Shown: one piece after another, positions 23,330 through 36,509 of the stretch
Layout of the letters: every line of letters begins with the position of its first letter
Position numbering within the stretch: position 1 is the first letter of the stretch
NCBI GenBank assembly: GCA_047967505.1
Contig: CM106538.1
DNA length: 64,000 bases
Reading direction: 5' to 3' (one strand)
DNA from: Dipteris shenzhenensis
Lineage: Eukaryota
Made by a program: the position numbers and the translations under genes
The notes under the pieces: model-generated
Databases searched by the model: none
Seen by the model: the letters and a program-made list of their open reading frames with translations, nothing else
What the model was told of the DNA's origin: nothing

Positions 23330-25760
23330 TCATTTTTTCATGGTTAATTCTGGAACCTGAGGCCAAGAAGAAAACACGAAGACATTCCAAGGCTTCATTA
23401 ACTGATAAGTCATCATTGTGTAGAGTCAAGTTGGTACCATCCACGAATTGTTGACAGACGATCTATCTACCTTCTTTGACTTGAATTCCTTTCAGGGATC
23501 CGCTGTCAACCTTGCCTTGGGTGAGCCATCCCAGTGAGTCTGCTGTAGTAGCAAAGAGAAGGGGAGCTAGAGAGAAGCCTTGTCTGATATACCTCTTGAG
23601 CACAAAGGGAGGAGAGCTCTTGCCATTACTCTCATTCTTACCTCTGGCTTGGGAGAGAAGGAGCTCAACGAAGGAAATGTACCCATGCCCTACTCCCATA
23701 TCCTGAAGTGAGGAGAGGATAAAGCCCCATTCCATCCTTATCATAGGCTTTGTCAAAGTCTACCTTGAGAAAGTAGATATCTTGTTGGGTTCCCTCAGTC
23801 GATTCTAGTCCTTCCTCCCAAAGCATTAGGATAGCCTCTAGAATGTGTCGTTCTTGGATGAAACCTTTCTTTTCTTCGCTTATCCACCACCTCATCTTTT
23901 TTTTTAGCCTATTAGTAGCTAGATCTTTGGCATAAATTTTGTAAGCTAGTGTTCAACATGGTCAGAGGCTGCTAGTTTTTGATATCTTCTTTAAAGCCTC
24001 CCTTTGATATTAGTTTAATCATACTTGTATTGATTCTTGGATCCAATGAGCCTTTTCATTTTGATTCTTGTCGGAGCTCTAGAAGGCGCAAACGTACAAT
24101 GTCCTAGAAGACTTGGTAGAACTCAACTGAGAGTCCATCCTCTCTAGGAGTCTTGCCTTTAGCCATGACATCAGTTGCTTCTTTTAGCCCCTTAGGGTAA
24201 GGTCTCTGTTTAGGTAGTGGCAGTCAAAAGGGGAGACCTGCTTGATTCTTGTTTGTATACATCAATCTCTCGCTCTAAGTTTTTTGGTTGAAAGGATCCT
24301 AGTTTCCCTTGGAATAGCTTGGAAGTTGGAGGTGACAAGCTCCCATAATCTCATTTGGATCCTACACTAGTCTCACATCTTTCTGTAGTGCATCCAAGGA
24401 TTCATTGGCTTGGAGACTCTTATCGATGGAATGGGCTAGGCCATGTTCTAAGAGGGAGAGAGTTGGTAGCTTGGAATGATCTCAAAGATCAAGTCCTCTT
24501 GGCCGATGCCTTAGAGGACACAAACTTCACCTGGACCACCTAGGCAGAGCCTACTATTCTAGAAGACTTCTGGATGATGCTCTTTGCCATAAGGCTAGTG
24601 CTTTCATGTCCCTTTCTTCGACCATAAGCTGATACTATTATCACTAGAAAAGGGAGAAGGGAGGAGATTGCTTCATTGGCCCTGTCGCTTTTTCTTGCCC
24701 ACTAGTCTCTTATGTATATCCTTACTTGTCTCGCTTTGATTTTTGCCTCAGACCTCAGTTTGTTCCTTGTCCTTCTTAGTTCAGCTTGCCCTTGAGGTGA
24801 GGAATCATTCTCCAGTGTCTTGATACTATCTTCTAAGACTTGTATCCTCACTTGCCTGGCTTTGTCAGATCTTTGTTTGATCACTTTCAAAAGAAGCGCC
24901 CTATGCATTCAGTGGCTCTAAACCATTTGTCTGTGGTGCTAGTTGTTCCTCCGAATGCCATTTGGCAAATTCTTGCAATCTTGGTCTTCACATATGGTAG
25001 TTGAAAGAAAAAAGGTTTGGCTTTGTACCAGGATTGGAATCTCCTCCCTTCTCCCTTTTCTAGTGATAACAGTATCGGCTTATGGTCAAAGAAAGGGACA
25101 TGAAAGCACTAGCCTTATGGCAAAGAGCATCATCTAGAAGCCTTCTAGAATAGTAGGCTCTGTCTAGGTGGGCTTTTCTATGGTTATGCCCTATCTGATT
25201 ATTGGTCTAGGTGAAGTTTGTGTCCTCTAAGGCATCGGCCAAGAGGGCTTGATCTTTGAGATCATTCCAAGCTACCAACTCTCCCCCTCTTAGAACATGG
25301 CCTAGCCCATTCCATCTATCTCTTCTACTTTTTACCATATTGAAGTCCCCCAATAAGATAGTGTTATCTTTAAGAGATTTAACTTCCCACATAAGAGCCC
25401 TTTCCCTAGTAGAGTTGGGTGCAGAGATTAAGAATAGTTGACACTCTAGGTTTGGGATGCGTGAAGTCAACCCCTATTCCATTTTGGCCGAAGGTAGTTA
25501 GCATCCCTCCTACCACTTGGGCACTTCCCCCCCTCTACCTTCTTCATGATCAGTGTAGTACCACTCCCTTTTATCATCAACTTGTCTGAATTGCCATCTT
25601 AGCTTTGAACCTCTAACCTTTACTTCCTAAAGTGCTATAGACTCAGGGGTGAGACCTTTGCTTCTGATCCATCTTTTGAGAATTGCTGGTCTAAGATCAT
25701 TTGATAATCCTTGGACATTGAGACTAAGGAAGGTGAATAGGTCTTGTTTTTGCATCATTG
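23330..25760 (-). mobile_element. L1-like LINE ORF2 (APE endonuclease + RT), degenerate
   Basis: FLSLNVQGL...IAL*E (APE N-terminus), ILLGDFN, KTPREDGLSVEFY, LKVDFDKAYD, IRQGFSLAPLLF, QFVDGT (FADD degenerate). Confidence 0.9.
24425..24669 (+). repeat. Inverted duplicate of LINE endonuclease segment 25038-25316
   Basis: RWNGLGHVLRG.ELVAWNDLKDQ.LLADALEDTNFT appears on + at 24425 and on - at 25316; homology continues to 24669/25038 with a ~35-bp gap. Confidence 0.9.
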
Positions 25761-26990
25761 GGTATTGATTTTGTTTCTTTTCTTCTTAAAATCCACCTAC
25801 AACACAAGATTGAAGCCTCTTAATAGCCTTCTCTTCTCTCTCTCTCTCTATGGCTTCTGTTGCTGGCTCCTTGGGCTTCTCGTCCAAAGGGGCTAAGTGA
25901 AGACTGCCTTTCAACCTATAATATTTTTATAAATTTCACTAGAGTAAAGGGGGGGTTGTCTCTAGCCAAGGCTTTGTGTTCTACTCATTCAAGTTGGGCT
26001 TCAAAGTCCTGTGTGTTTTCTACAAATTCCTCATCCTCTGAGCTATCTGTTTGATTTTCATCATTTGTCTCTCTTGAGTCTCCTTACTCTACTTGTTCTT
26101 CTTTCCTAACCTCTCTCCCACTAACCTTTATCTTTCCCATTGTACTTAGTTTTGGGGTCGATTGTGGGGACTTCTTCTTCTACCTGATCAACCTCTAGGC
26201 GAGCCGTGGGTGCCTTTGGGGTTTCTTTCTTATGGTTATTTCTAGCTGAGTAGTCCTTAATGAAGTGTCCTCCCATGCCACAGAGGAAACAAGAGTTGGG
26301 GATGTTTTTGTAGAAGACTTTCTAGATCAGTTCCCTGTCAAGAACTCAAATGGCATTCAGCGGGTCCATAGCTAGGTCCATCAAGATGCAAGCTTGGGGG
26401 TTTCCTCTCGAACTGATGAACCTTTCAGTTTCTAGGACTAGGAACTGACCTAGGGGCACACATAGCGCTTCAACTTGAGGGAAGAGGGAGAGCGGGAGGC
26501 CAGGAAATTGTACCCAAATTGGCACTTTGGAGGGCAGAGGTGAGTCAGGGTTGAAGGTAGGTTCCCACATGTGGACAGATGGCGTGGCTGGATTCCTAAT
26601 GGTCCATAAGCCCTTCTACACTACTTTCGATGCCATTTTTGGCTTTTCAAAAAGGAAAAAAATGTATCCATTCCTTAGAAAGCAAACACTAGTGACATTC
26701 AAACCTTTTCAAGACCAAAAATTCCTCACCCATCCTTTGAGGAATAAAACAAGTGGTCGAGGACCGTGGATATATCCTACTACCGTGCATGAGCATAGCC
26801 ATTTTGTAGTTTCATTCATCATTCCATTGTGGACTTTCATAGTAGGAAGCTTACCTTTGACAAAGCCAATATCTAGTCGAGTTTTTTCAGTATCTCCTTC
26901 TGCAAAGGTGGCAGTGGAGAGATTGCAAAACATCCTCCTTGCTCTTGGTGAAAGCTATTCCCACGCCAACTGGTTCAGGGTCGTGGGGGC
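25760..26990 (-). mobile_element. L1-like LINE ORF1 (DUF4283-type plus zinc knuckle), degenerate
   Basis: VVGYIHGPRP...KGWVRNFW, GYIFFLF, WEPTFNP...VPIWVQFPGLP, YKNIPNSCFLCGMGGHFIKDY. Confidence 0.85.
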
Positions 26991-26999
26991 TTTAAATAG

Positions 27000-27523
27000 A
27001 CTTAATGTAAACCGTAAGGAAGGAACTTTGAGAATCAAGAAATGTACCTTACAAATCACATATCACTCAAAGATTCTAAATCAACTTGTAGGAAAACTCT
27101 CAAGCTATCCATAAGAATGATGCTTCAATGGAAGGCATGACCAAGGTCTGATACCATGTTTAAACATGAGTACCTCAGGATCTATGGAGTGCTTACACTA
27201 GTCTATGGAAAATTATTCCTATGTGAAAACATGATGAAGAGCTAGATTATCTAAGCATAGTATCAAGTTCAATTGGTTTAAAAGCTTAAGAGTTGTACTC
27301 ACAAAGAGACTTGAGAGCTTTGTCTATGTTACTACATGAAAATGGCATCCCTTTTATAGGAGTGCATTGCTTGCTCACATGTGGGATAAAGCCTAATTGA
27401 CATGTGGTAGCATGCTCTTGCATGCATACCTTTATTGAAGCCTTTCCCTTATCTTGTGCTCATGTCACCATTACTAGCATCTGTGCACAAATAGTGTCTG
27501 CTGAACACACTTTTTAATCAACA
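27000..27523 (-). mobile_element. 5' LTR (27157-27523) and tRNA-Met PBS of a truncated LTR element
   Basis: TCTGATACCA (reverse complement of PBS) at 27147-27156 directly abuts TGTT...AACA. Confidence 0.65.
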
Positions 27524-30220
27524 TGTGAACACACACTACCACACTACCCAAAAGCCACATTGCCAAATTTTCTCAGTCCTTGGACTCACCGAGAAACTTT
27601 TTCTTGTCAACAAATGTCACCTAGAAATCAAGCAAGAGAGTATGAGAGTATTATGCACCTTGGATGGACATCTATTTTAGGCAAGTTGCATTTGTACCAT
27701 CAATGATGTGACCATCTCTAACATCTTTTCCATCTCATTTAGGTGCCCAAAGATGTCACCATTTCTTCCATATTTTCCATTTAAGTTCCCATTAAATGCA
27801 ATGCAAGCTTGCAAGACAATATCTAAACTTCAAGTTGTTTATCTTTTCCAATCTATATAGTTCCCATTTCCACACCTTCTAATACAACTAGTTGAGCCTT
27901 GAACTTTCCATCATCCATAATGTCTGCATTGTGGTGAAGTGAGTTCTCTAATTTTTGCAATTCACTAGTTTTGCACTCCAAATTTTCCCTAGCATCTTCT
28001 AGAATCTTATTACTTGCATCAATTAAGGCAACCAATTTGTTCTATCTTCCAAGGTGTAAACAAATTGAGTCTCATGTGCAAGCCTAGGCATCTTATCTAT
28101 AGTTCTCTAGGTCTTCCTAGAGTTGATGATGTGGGTTTGAGTTGATGCTGTGAGCAAACCATTCTATTTTCCTATCTAGATTACCATACACTTTCACATT
28201 TACATTGATAGACTTTGCAAACTTTTCCCATGCCACCCTATAATTTCTTGTGTTAATAGTAATGAGGGTCATCATGCTACCCTGGTAAAGAAAACCATGA
28301 GCAAAGGAAATGGCAAAATCATGGTTGCTTGCCTCTCATTGGTACACCCTATAATGTAAGGAAACCATATGTGTGGCTAATTGGCTCTCAATGGTACACC
28401 CTATAATGTAATCCAACCATCTGTGGATAGCAATGGGGCCTTAAGTTCTTGAACTTGACAATCTTTCCTATCCTAGGAAGTTAAAAGACTGATAGCCAAC
28501 ATTTTCCTGGTTTGTTTGCATCATTCAATTGCCTTGGGTGGCCCATTCCAAACCAATTACATACCTGGCATGAAAATCATGCCTTGTGTGAAAATATGTT
28601 CCAAGATTGGGAAGCTCAATGATTGGAAATTGCCACACTAGGATGGGCCTGTAATGATCATATTAGCAAGCTTGCCTAAGTGTAATCATGAAACATATAG
28701 GAAAAATCCCCCTTCTATCTCAAGAAATCTTATTAAGACAAACATGCACTCACTAAGAAACTACATACATTTACCTTTTTCTATAGCAAAACTTTGACCA
28801 AGTGATGTCAACCTCTTCTTCAGAAGTGGGAAGGATTATTTGCCTATGGTATGGGCATTAACTATAGCATGTTGCATATGTACAGATCAAAGAACTTTTA
28901 GGCATTGAGATTCCCCTCAAGCACTCTTGCATTCCTCATGTTATGCTACAAATGGAAGCCCCCAAACTTGAGTCCCTAGTCACTTGTAGGAAAGAAACTT
29001 GCATACGAGCAATTACCATAACCACCAGTGATGTAATGTGGTAATGAAAGAACATTGCATAACTTTAGTTCAAAATGTCAATATTAAGGAAAAACATAGG
29101 TCCCATAAAAAAACATCAATGGGTTCTAATAGCTATCTTTTTTGGAGACTACTTTATCATACATTAGTGGTGTACCTTATCATGCATACATCCAAATGGC
29201 TTATGATAAGAGACAAAGGCCAAGTTATAGTTTTTTCACCTTAGACTTGGCCAAGAGATTAAAGCCCATCATGGGTTTTGTGATGTAATTTCAAGTCCAT
29301 CTTTTAAACAGACCTTGACTACTTATAGAGGCTAGCAAACAAAAAAGGATGAGGTACATTATTTATCCTACAGAAAAGGAGCTCCTAAAATTCAAGGCAA
29401 GCAAAATAAAACTATCTCTATCTCCTCTACACACATTAATAAGTCTAAAGTATTTCAATAATATGTGGCATTTGTTTAATAATTGATATTCATAGGGTTG
29501 GTATACAAAGGGGTAAAAGAAAAACTTCACTTTACTTTTCTTTTTAGAAACTATCAGAGTGCTTTGATTGCATCGTCCCAAAGGTCAATGAACATTGGAA
29601 GAGAGGAAAGGTTTTAAAGATTAATCAAGACTAGAAGAGAGCAATTCATAGAAGAAGACAATGCTATGATGCTATAAATTGATTTGTTGGTCTTCTAATG
29701 AGTTTTGTGGGTCTTCTAATGTAATGGTTATTGAGTTGTCATAGGAGGAATTTGATATTGATGAGTTATCTCCTCAATGGGACAATGTTCATAGCACATT
29801 TGGTTTAGATCACTCATTCATGGACAGTGAGTCAAGAAGGAGGACACATTTATTGACATCACTCATTGGTATTGAGAGCAAGCGGACACGATGTGGTCTT
29901 CCATATCAAATTTTTACAAGGGCCTACATACCCATTGAAGTGTATCAAAATATTAACAAGATCAATTTCAATCCATTGCATGGCTTCCCTTAATGCATTT
30001 GCCTCTAATATTCATGGCATGGAAATGATGGAAATAACTCTTTGCATGGCTGCAAGTGAGGAGAGCCTTAGTGCTATTTGTACTAGGAACTTACTTGGGG
30101 ATTTCAAAGTTTTATGTGTTATAGGCAGTAAAGAAGAGATAGAGGCTATGAAGACCAAGTTTGTGTGTAGAGAGGTGAACCTTTTGTACGCAAACCTATC
30201 CCTTTTCCTTATCCAAAGTA

Positions 30221-30768
30221 TGTTAGAATCCAAGAGCATGTGCCTAGCGTGCCCCCCGCCAAGACCGCTAGCACCTCACGGAAGTGCACAACCTTCATGG
30301 CCACTACGGAGGCTCTGGCATGTGTGTATGGCAGGTCCCCACCCCTGCCATAAGGCACCCTTGCCTAGCCAGCCCTCCAACCTCCACAAAAGGCAAGCTT
30401 GGGGGAATTGAAGATAGGAGGGGCAACTTGGACTATTTATGTCCCTTCATCTTCCACACACCTTTGTATGTGGGATAATTCAACCCTTTCTCCTTCTTCT
30501 TATCCCCTTTTTCCATGAGAGATTTGCACCTCCAACACCCCCCTCCAATCGATCATGGAGAGAGGTGGCCGGGGATCAGAGACCCGAGCTCTGATACCAT
30601 GTTAGAATCCAAGAGCATGTGCCTAGCGTGCCCCCCGCCAAGACCGCTAGCACCTCACGGAAGTGCACAACCTTCATGGCCACCACGGAGGCTCTGGCAT
30701 GTGTGTATGGCAGGTCCCCACCCCTGCCATAAGGCACCCTTGCCTAGCCAGCCCTCCAACCTCCAACA
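30221..30768 (-). mobile_element. TRIM (terminal-repeat retrotransposon in miniature)
   Basis: LTRs 30221-30537 and 30600-30768 (TGTT...AACA); 62-bp internal region with PPT (CCCCCCTCCAA on +) and PBS (GCTCTGATACCA 30588-30599); TSD AAGTA at 30216-30220 and 30769-30773. Confidence 0.93.
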
Positions 30769-31059
30769 AAGTAGTCACAAAATTATGACCACCTCATCTG
30801 CAATCTAATTTTTAAGGGTCTTCTATATTTAATTTGAAGATTTGGGGGAAATCATTCCTGGTCAAATCTCATAGGGAGACTCATGCCCTTGATTTTAAAC
30901 TTAAAAACTCTGTAATTATAGTCATAGTACAAAAGTTATACCTATTTTACTATTATCTTCATTTTTCATGCAATTAAGTTCTATCAGTATTATGAATATT
31001 ATTTTAAATTCCAATTTAGGGAAATATTATGAATGTTCCAAGTCAGTAATATATCTCAA

Positions 31060-32350
31060 CCAACTTTGACTATTCCAATGACCATTTTTAGCAAATCTAA
31101 AAGAAATTTGATTGTGGTACAGAAGGCAAAGTTGATTGGGATGGCATATAGTGTGCAAAAACACCAAAACCTACCACACAAAATTTTGGCCATTTGGACC
31201 GTCCAAATGACCAAATTTGTGTGGTTGTAGGTTTTGGTTTTTTTGCACACTCATCAACTTTTCCTTTTGCACCATGATCAAATTCCTTTTAGAGTTGTCG
31301 AAAATGATCATTACAGTGGCAAAGTTGTCTATTTCCTTCATCTAACCCTTCAAGATATATATCCCTTGATACTAATTAGGAAATGCATCAATCTTTTACA
31401 AGGTGAGTAGGGGAAGATTATAAATAAATTTAAAAAATCACATTGACTTAGCCAACCTACAGGGTCCCTTCAATGGCAAGATAAACATAGAAAATTATAT
31501 TTTCACAAGGTGATGTAGTATAATTCCAAAATTGTATTCCCCTTCAAAATCTATATTTCCTCATGTAAATCATGAAATGCATCAAATTTTACAAGGTGAT
31601 GTAGCAGAAGTTCAAAATCTTAAATAAAAAATTACATTGACATAGCCAACCTAAAAGAGGCCTCCATGTGTAAATATATTGCCTAAGGGGTCTAAGCAAA
31701 GATGCTTTTCAAGGCAAATAAGTCAGCATCTTGACCAATTGCCATTTGCTACATCACTTTGTAAATAATTCCTTTTTTATGTTTATCTATGTTGAAGTTG
31801 ATGCATTTCATGATCTTGAAATTTATGTTTTAAAAGGGTAGATGAAGGAATCTAACAACTTTGTCCATTCCAATTGACCATTTTTGCTTGAGGGGTTCAC
31901 TATATGTAAATCCTCTATATCACATGCATTCAATGACTAATTTAAAAGTCCCTTATCTCTGAATTCTTCATCAATTAAACACACGCTTTTTCTATTCAGT
32001 CTCAATATCTCCTTTCACTAGTACCCTTCTATAAATAAAATATTTTAAAAATCCCTTTTGTTGGAACCCATGTGCCCTTTTAGTAACCTCCCCAAGCATT
32101 TCTAGTAAATCTAGAAGGAATTTGACTCCAGTATAGAAGAAGGCAAAGTTGATCAAGGTGGCATGTAGCGTCCAAAAATACCAAAACCCTCCATAGTGCA
32201 AATTTGGCCATTTGGACACCCTCCAAATGGCTACAGTGGTTCTGTGGAGTGTTTTGGTGTTCTTGGACACTAGTGCTATCTTGATCAACCTTGCCTTCTA
32301 TGTCACGATCAGATTCCTTCTACATTTGCCAAAAATGGTCATTGGTTGAC
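31060..32350. repeat. Foldback/palindromic repeat cluster
   Basis: ~270-bp imperfect hairpin 31061-31327 centred on CATTTGGAC-C-GTCCAAATG; second copy ~32095-32345 centred on CATTTGGA-CACCC-TCCAAATG; ~31320-31410 is inverted at ~31750-31865. Confidence 0.75.
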
Positions 32351-34255
32351 CCAGAGGATTTTATTGACTTGTAATTAACATTATATCCATAATTTGAATT
32401 TAAAATAGTATATGCAATATAAAAAACAATTAATCTCATGGAATATGATATAACTTTTACATGGAGTATGATATAACAATAGATGCAATATGAACAACAA
32501 CAATTAATTAAAATAGCTATAAGTTTTGCACTAGTTTTACATAAAAAGATTTACCCTTCAGCCATAGATAAATGACAAAATTTAGCCATAAATAGGAAAA
32601 AATTATTAGAAATAGATGTTTTCATTTCAAATTATATTAAAAAATTATTAGAAATAGATGTTTTCATTTAAAATTATATTATAAAGAGGCTTCATAGCAT
32701 GTCTCTCTTCTTTTCTAACTCTAGTACATTGAGAATAGGGTTCTTTGAATCCTTGAATAAGTCCTTAAAAACACCACTAAGACTATGCTATATTGAGTCT
32801 CATGTCCAAATTGTACTTTTATGCGATGTCTTCTAAAACACATTGGAGTGGATCACATAGGCTGCCTTGGGTAAAAAATGTGACATCTTCATGCCTTCTA
32901 TTGGGGTGTAAAGGCCCTATGTAACATTTATAGTTTGTATACAATGTGAAACCGGTTCCACCCTAACCCTAACACATGAATAAAACTCATGGGTTGTGGT
33001 GTGCCCATTATCCATTCTTCACACCCACACATTGTTGACTCTCGTCTCCTACTCTCACTCACTCTCCACTCACTCCATCAACTGGTATCAGAGCCTGGGA
33101 GCTCATACCCCCCACACTCCCCGCACACTTGGCGACAACCCCGAATACCCAACGATAACCACACACGAAGCAACTCCAACCGAATGCTGAGAAGACGCAG
33201 AAGCATAACGAGCAGGACGGCGGAGCATTGCGTGGAGCGTGGAGCGAAAGAACATGTAGAGCATCCCAAACGCAGATGCGTAGAGCAGCCTGAACGCAGC
33301 AAGACCAAGAGTAGGACACTGCAGATCTGGGGAAACAACGTCTAGAATTGCCATTTTGGGGATGTTGGAAGAGGTGAAAAGCGTGTTTTTGTAGTGGTGG
33401 CACACCCTTGTCAGCATCCAACAGTGATTTTGTGACACTTCGAAAACTCTTGACTCTTAGGGTACTTACTCTCTAGACCCTCCTTGTGAATATAGTCCAC
33501 TTGGGGAGTCGTGGTTCGCAGGTACCTATCACATTGGGCACTTTGATAGTGATATTGCATGACATTCGTCACATAACACTGTGATTGCACTAGTGGGTAT
33601 GCTATTGATGCATTGAGAGCACTTTTGATGCCTATTGTGCTTGGATATCACTTGTCGTTCAAAGGGCTTTTGTGGTTTGGATGCATATGCATTTAGGAGG
33701 AAGCTATTGGATGCCATACATGCCTCACATGTATAGAAATTGAGCTCTAATCAAGGGGATTTTGAAGACAGAGGTGTTATTGTGCATTGGACAAACTACA
33801 ACAGGAAGTACATGCCATAAATCCTCGTTAAAAGCAATCAAATCAAGGGGCTTTTACCTATTTGCAGTTTTGAATTGTTTGCCATAGTTTGGGGGACTGT
33901 TACATGCCTTTTGGTCACTAATTGAGCACTTTAAGTTGGGGAAATTGTGCCATTTTCTGAGTAAAATAGTAATTCACTGTTTCGAGATGTTTGAGTCTCG
34001 TTTCGTCCTCGAACACTCGTTTTTTGGTGTTGTACCGTCATTTACTATTTTTGGACAGTTTTGGTGGAGCTTTCCTGCAGCTGTATCGCATTTTTGAGTG
34101 CTATAATTGTCATTAAAGCTTGCTGTATCGTTTCTGCAGCAAGTGGGAGGTGTTATTTATCTGGGAGTGTTTCCGCACTTTGGAGATACTTTGCTAAGCA
34201 CTTCTAAGTGCTTGCAGGGAGTCACACACTTTATTTCTTGGTTCGATTTGTTGAT

Positions 34256-36509
34256 ATGGCTTCATCAGGAGAGAGCTCATCTTTGCTCCACATCCGGAAG
34301 CTTGAGGGTGCTAAGAACTACGACATCTATAGGACCCAGGTGTACAATGTTTTGTTGCAGAAGAGTCAGCATCTCCCTATAAGGGAAAAGGGTGTCAAGC
34401 CCTCCGCCATTAGTGATGAGCAGTGGCTCAACATAGATGAGCTTACGTGTTCCACACTCATGCTATCAGTTGTGGATTATCTTCTTCCTGGGATACGGGA
34501 TATGCCCAATGCATGGGCAATGTGGCAGCAGTTAGAGAATACTTACTCTCAAAAGAGTGCCATAGGCAAGGTTTATTGGCTCAAGAAGCTTACAAGTCTC
34601 GAGATGAAAGAGGGAACATCAGTCAGTGCACACATAAATGAGTTTAAAAGCATATTCAGCCAAGTGCTTGCACAAGGGTTGAAACTAGATGAGGAGGTAC
34701 AGGCTGTAATTCTCTTAGGTTCATTGCCAGAATCTTGGGACACTTTCAGGACAGCCACAAGCAACTCCAATCCTCTCTTAAATGTGGCAGATGTGGAGGG
34801 TGCCATCCTGTAGGAAGATATGAATCGAAAGAACAACTCAAGTGGGAAAGGGACTGCATTGCAAGCACGTGGCCAAACCAAGAATAGAGGCAAGAGTCAG
34901 GACAGAAATGGTAGGAGCAAGTCCCACTCCAAAAAGGATGTTGAATGCGATCATTGTGGAAAAAAGGAACATCTTAAAAAGCAATGTTGGAAGTTGAAAG
35001 CAGAAAAGAAAGAGGGCAAGCAAAAGGCAGATGCAAGTGATGATTCGAAGGACATTGTGCCTCATTCTAAGAAGTCTTCTGTCAAGATAGAGGAGCTGAA
35101 TTATGTGTCTGATGGCAGCCATTGCTCTTCAGATCTTCTTTTTACCTCTACTATCAGTGCACACTCTGTACATGCGGGGTGTCTCTCAGATCTTAACACA
35201 TGGCTGATTGATTCAGGGGCTTCTTTCCATGTTAGTCCTTTCAAGAACAGCTTCAGCAAGTACCGTGTTCAAAAGCCTCAATATGTGTATTTGGGAGATA
35301 ATCATGCATGCCTCATAGAGAGAATGGGTGACGTGAAATTATAGCTCTATGATGGTTCAGCTTTCATGCTTCATGATGTATGCTACATCCCTAAACTCAA
35401 GAAGAATCTCATTAGTACGGGACAGCTTGATGATATGGGATATCACACCACTTTTGGTGCTCAGAAGTGGAAGATAGTAAAGGGCTCCATGGTTGTTGCT
35501 AGGGGTCCTAAGATGGACACTCTCTATCCATTAGTTGCTGGAAAAATTATTGTATCCGGTCATGCTTCTGTTGCCGAGCTGCCAAAGGTTTCATTGTGGC
35601 ATAGCCGGCTTGGACACATGAGTGTCAAAGGAATGGAAGAGTTATCTCGTCTTGGTTATATCCCGTCTCTTAAATTTTCAGAATTGAAAAATTGTGAGCA
35701 TTGCATTTATGGTAAATAGAATATGTGTCCTCATGAGAGGGGTTTGGGTAAGAAAAGCTCACAATTAGAGCTTGTGCATACAGACACATGTGAAATGCCA
35801 AATCTATCACTCGAGGGGGCAAAGTATTTTGTTATATTCATTGATGATGCCACACGTAAAGTGTGGGCCAGTCCTCTTTGTTCAAAGAGTGATACCTTCA
35901 CGAAATTTAAGAAGTGGCTTGCCTTGTTTGAGAACCAAACGAGTAAGACACTCAAATGCCTGCATTCTGACAATGGAGGGGAGTATGTGTCAAAGGAATT
36001 CCATGCATTTTGTGACTCCAAGGGTATTAAAAGAGAGATCACTGCTCCTTATAACCCACCTCAAAATGGAACTGCAGAGAGCGTATGAATCAAACCATTC
36101 AAGAGAAGGTTTGGTCAATGTTGTCACATGCTGCACTATCCCATGGATTTTGGGCAGAGGCCATGCTAACGGCCATTCACCTCATCAACAGATCGCCTAA
36201 TAAGAGGCTGGATAATAAGGTGCCAGAAGAGATATGGAGTGGAAAGCCTCCTTCTTATAAGCATCTGCAAGTCTTTGGTTGCGTAGCGTACGTACATATC
36301 CGCAAGGATTTGCACAACAAACTCGAGCCTAAGTCTCATAAGTGTGTATTCCTTGGATATGGTGATGATGGGGAGATGGGATATAGACTTTGGGATCCCG
36401 CACAAAGGAAAGTCATATGCAGAAATGATGTGATCTTTGATGAAAATAGCATGCACAAATAGCCCATGAATGCTCCAGAAGGCAGAAGGGTTGTATATGA
36501 TGAAGATGC
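34256..36509 (+). pseudogene. gag-pol: Copia polyprotein 5' part: gag, CCHC knuckle, protease, integrase
   Basis: LLGSLPESW; CDHCGKKEHLKKQC; WLIDSGASFH; LWHSRLGHMS; CEHCIYGK; ELVHTD; FIDDATRKVW; HSDNGGEY; PPQNG.AE; interrupted by TAG stops and a frameshift at ~36080. Confidence 0.95.

Noticed and set aside
27600-30200. Coiled-coil-like ORF 27853-28035 and possible hAT C-terminal debris near 29200-29850
   Set aside because: No diagnostic motif; frames are broken.
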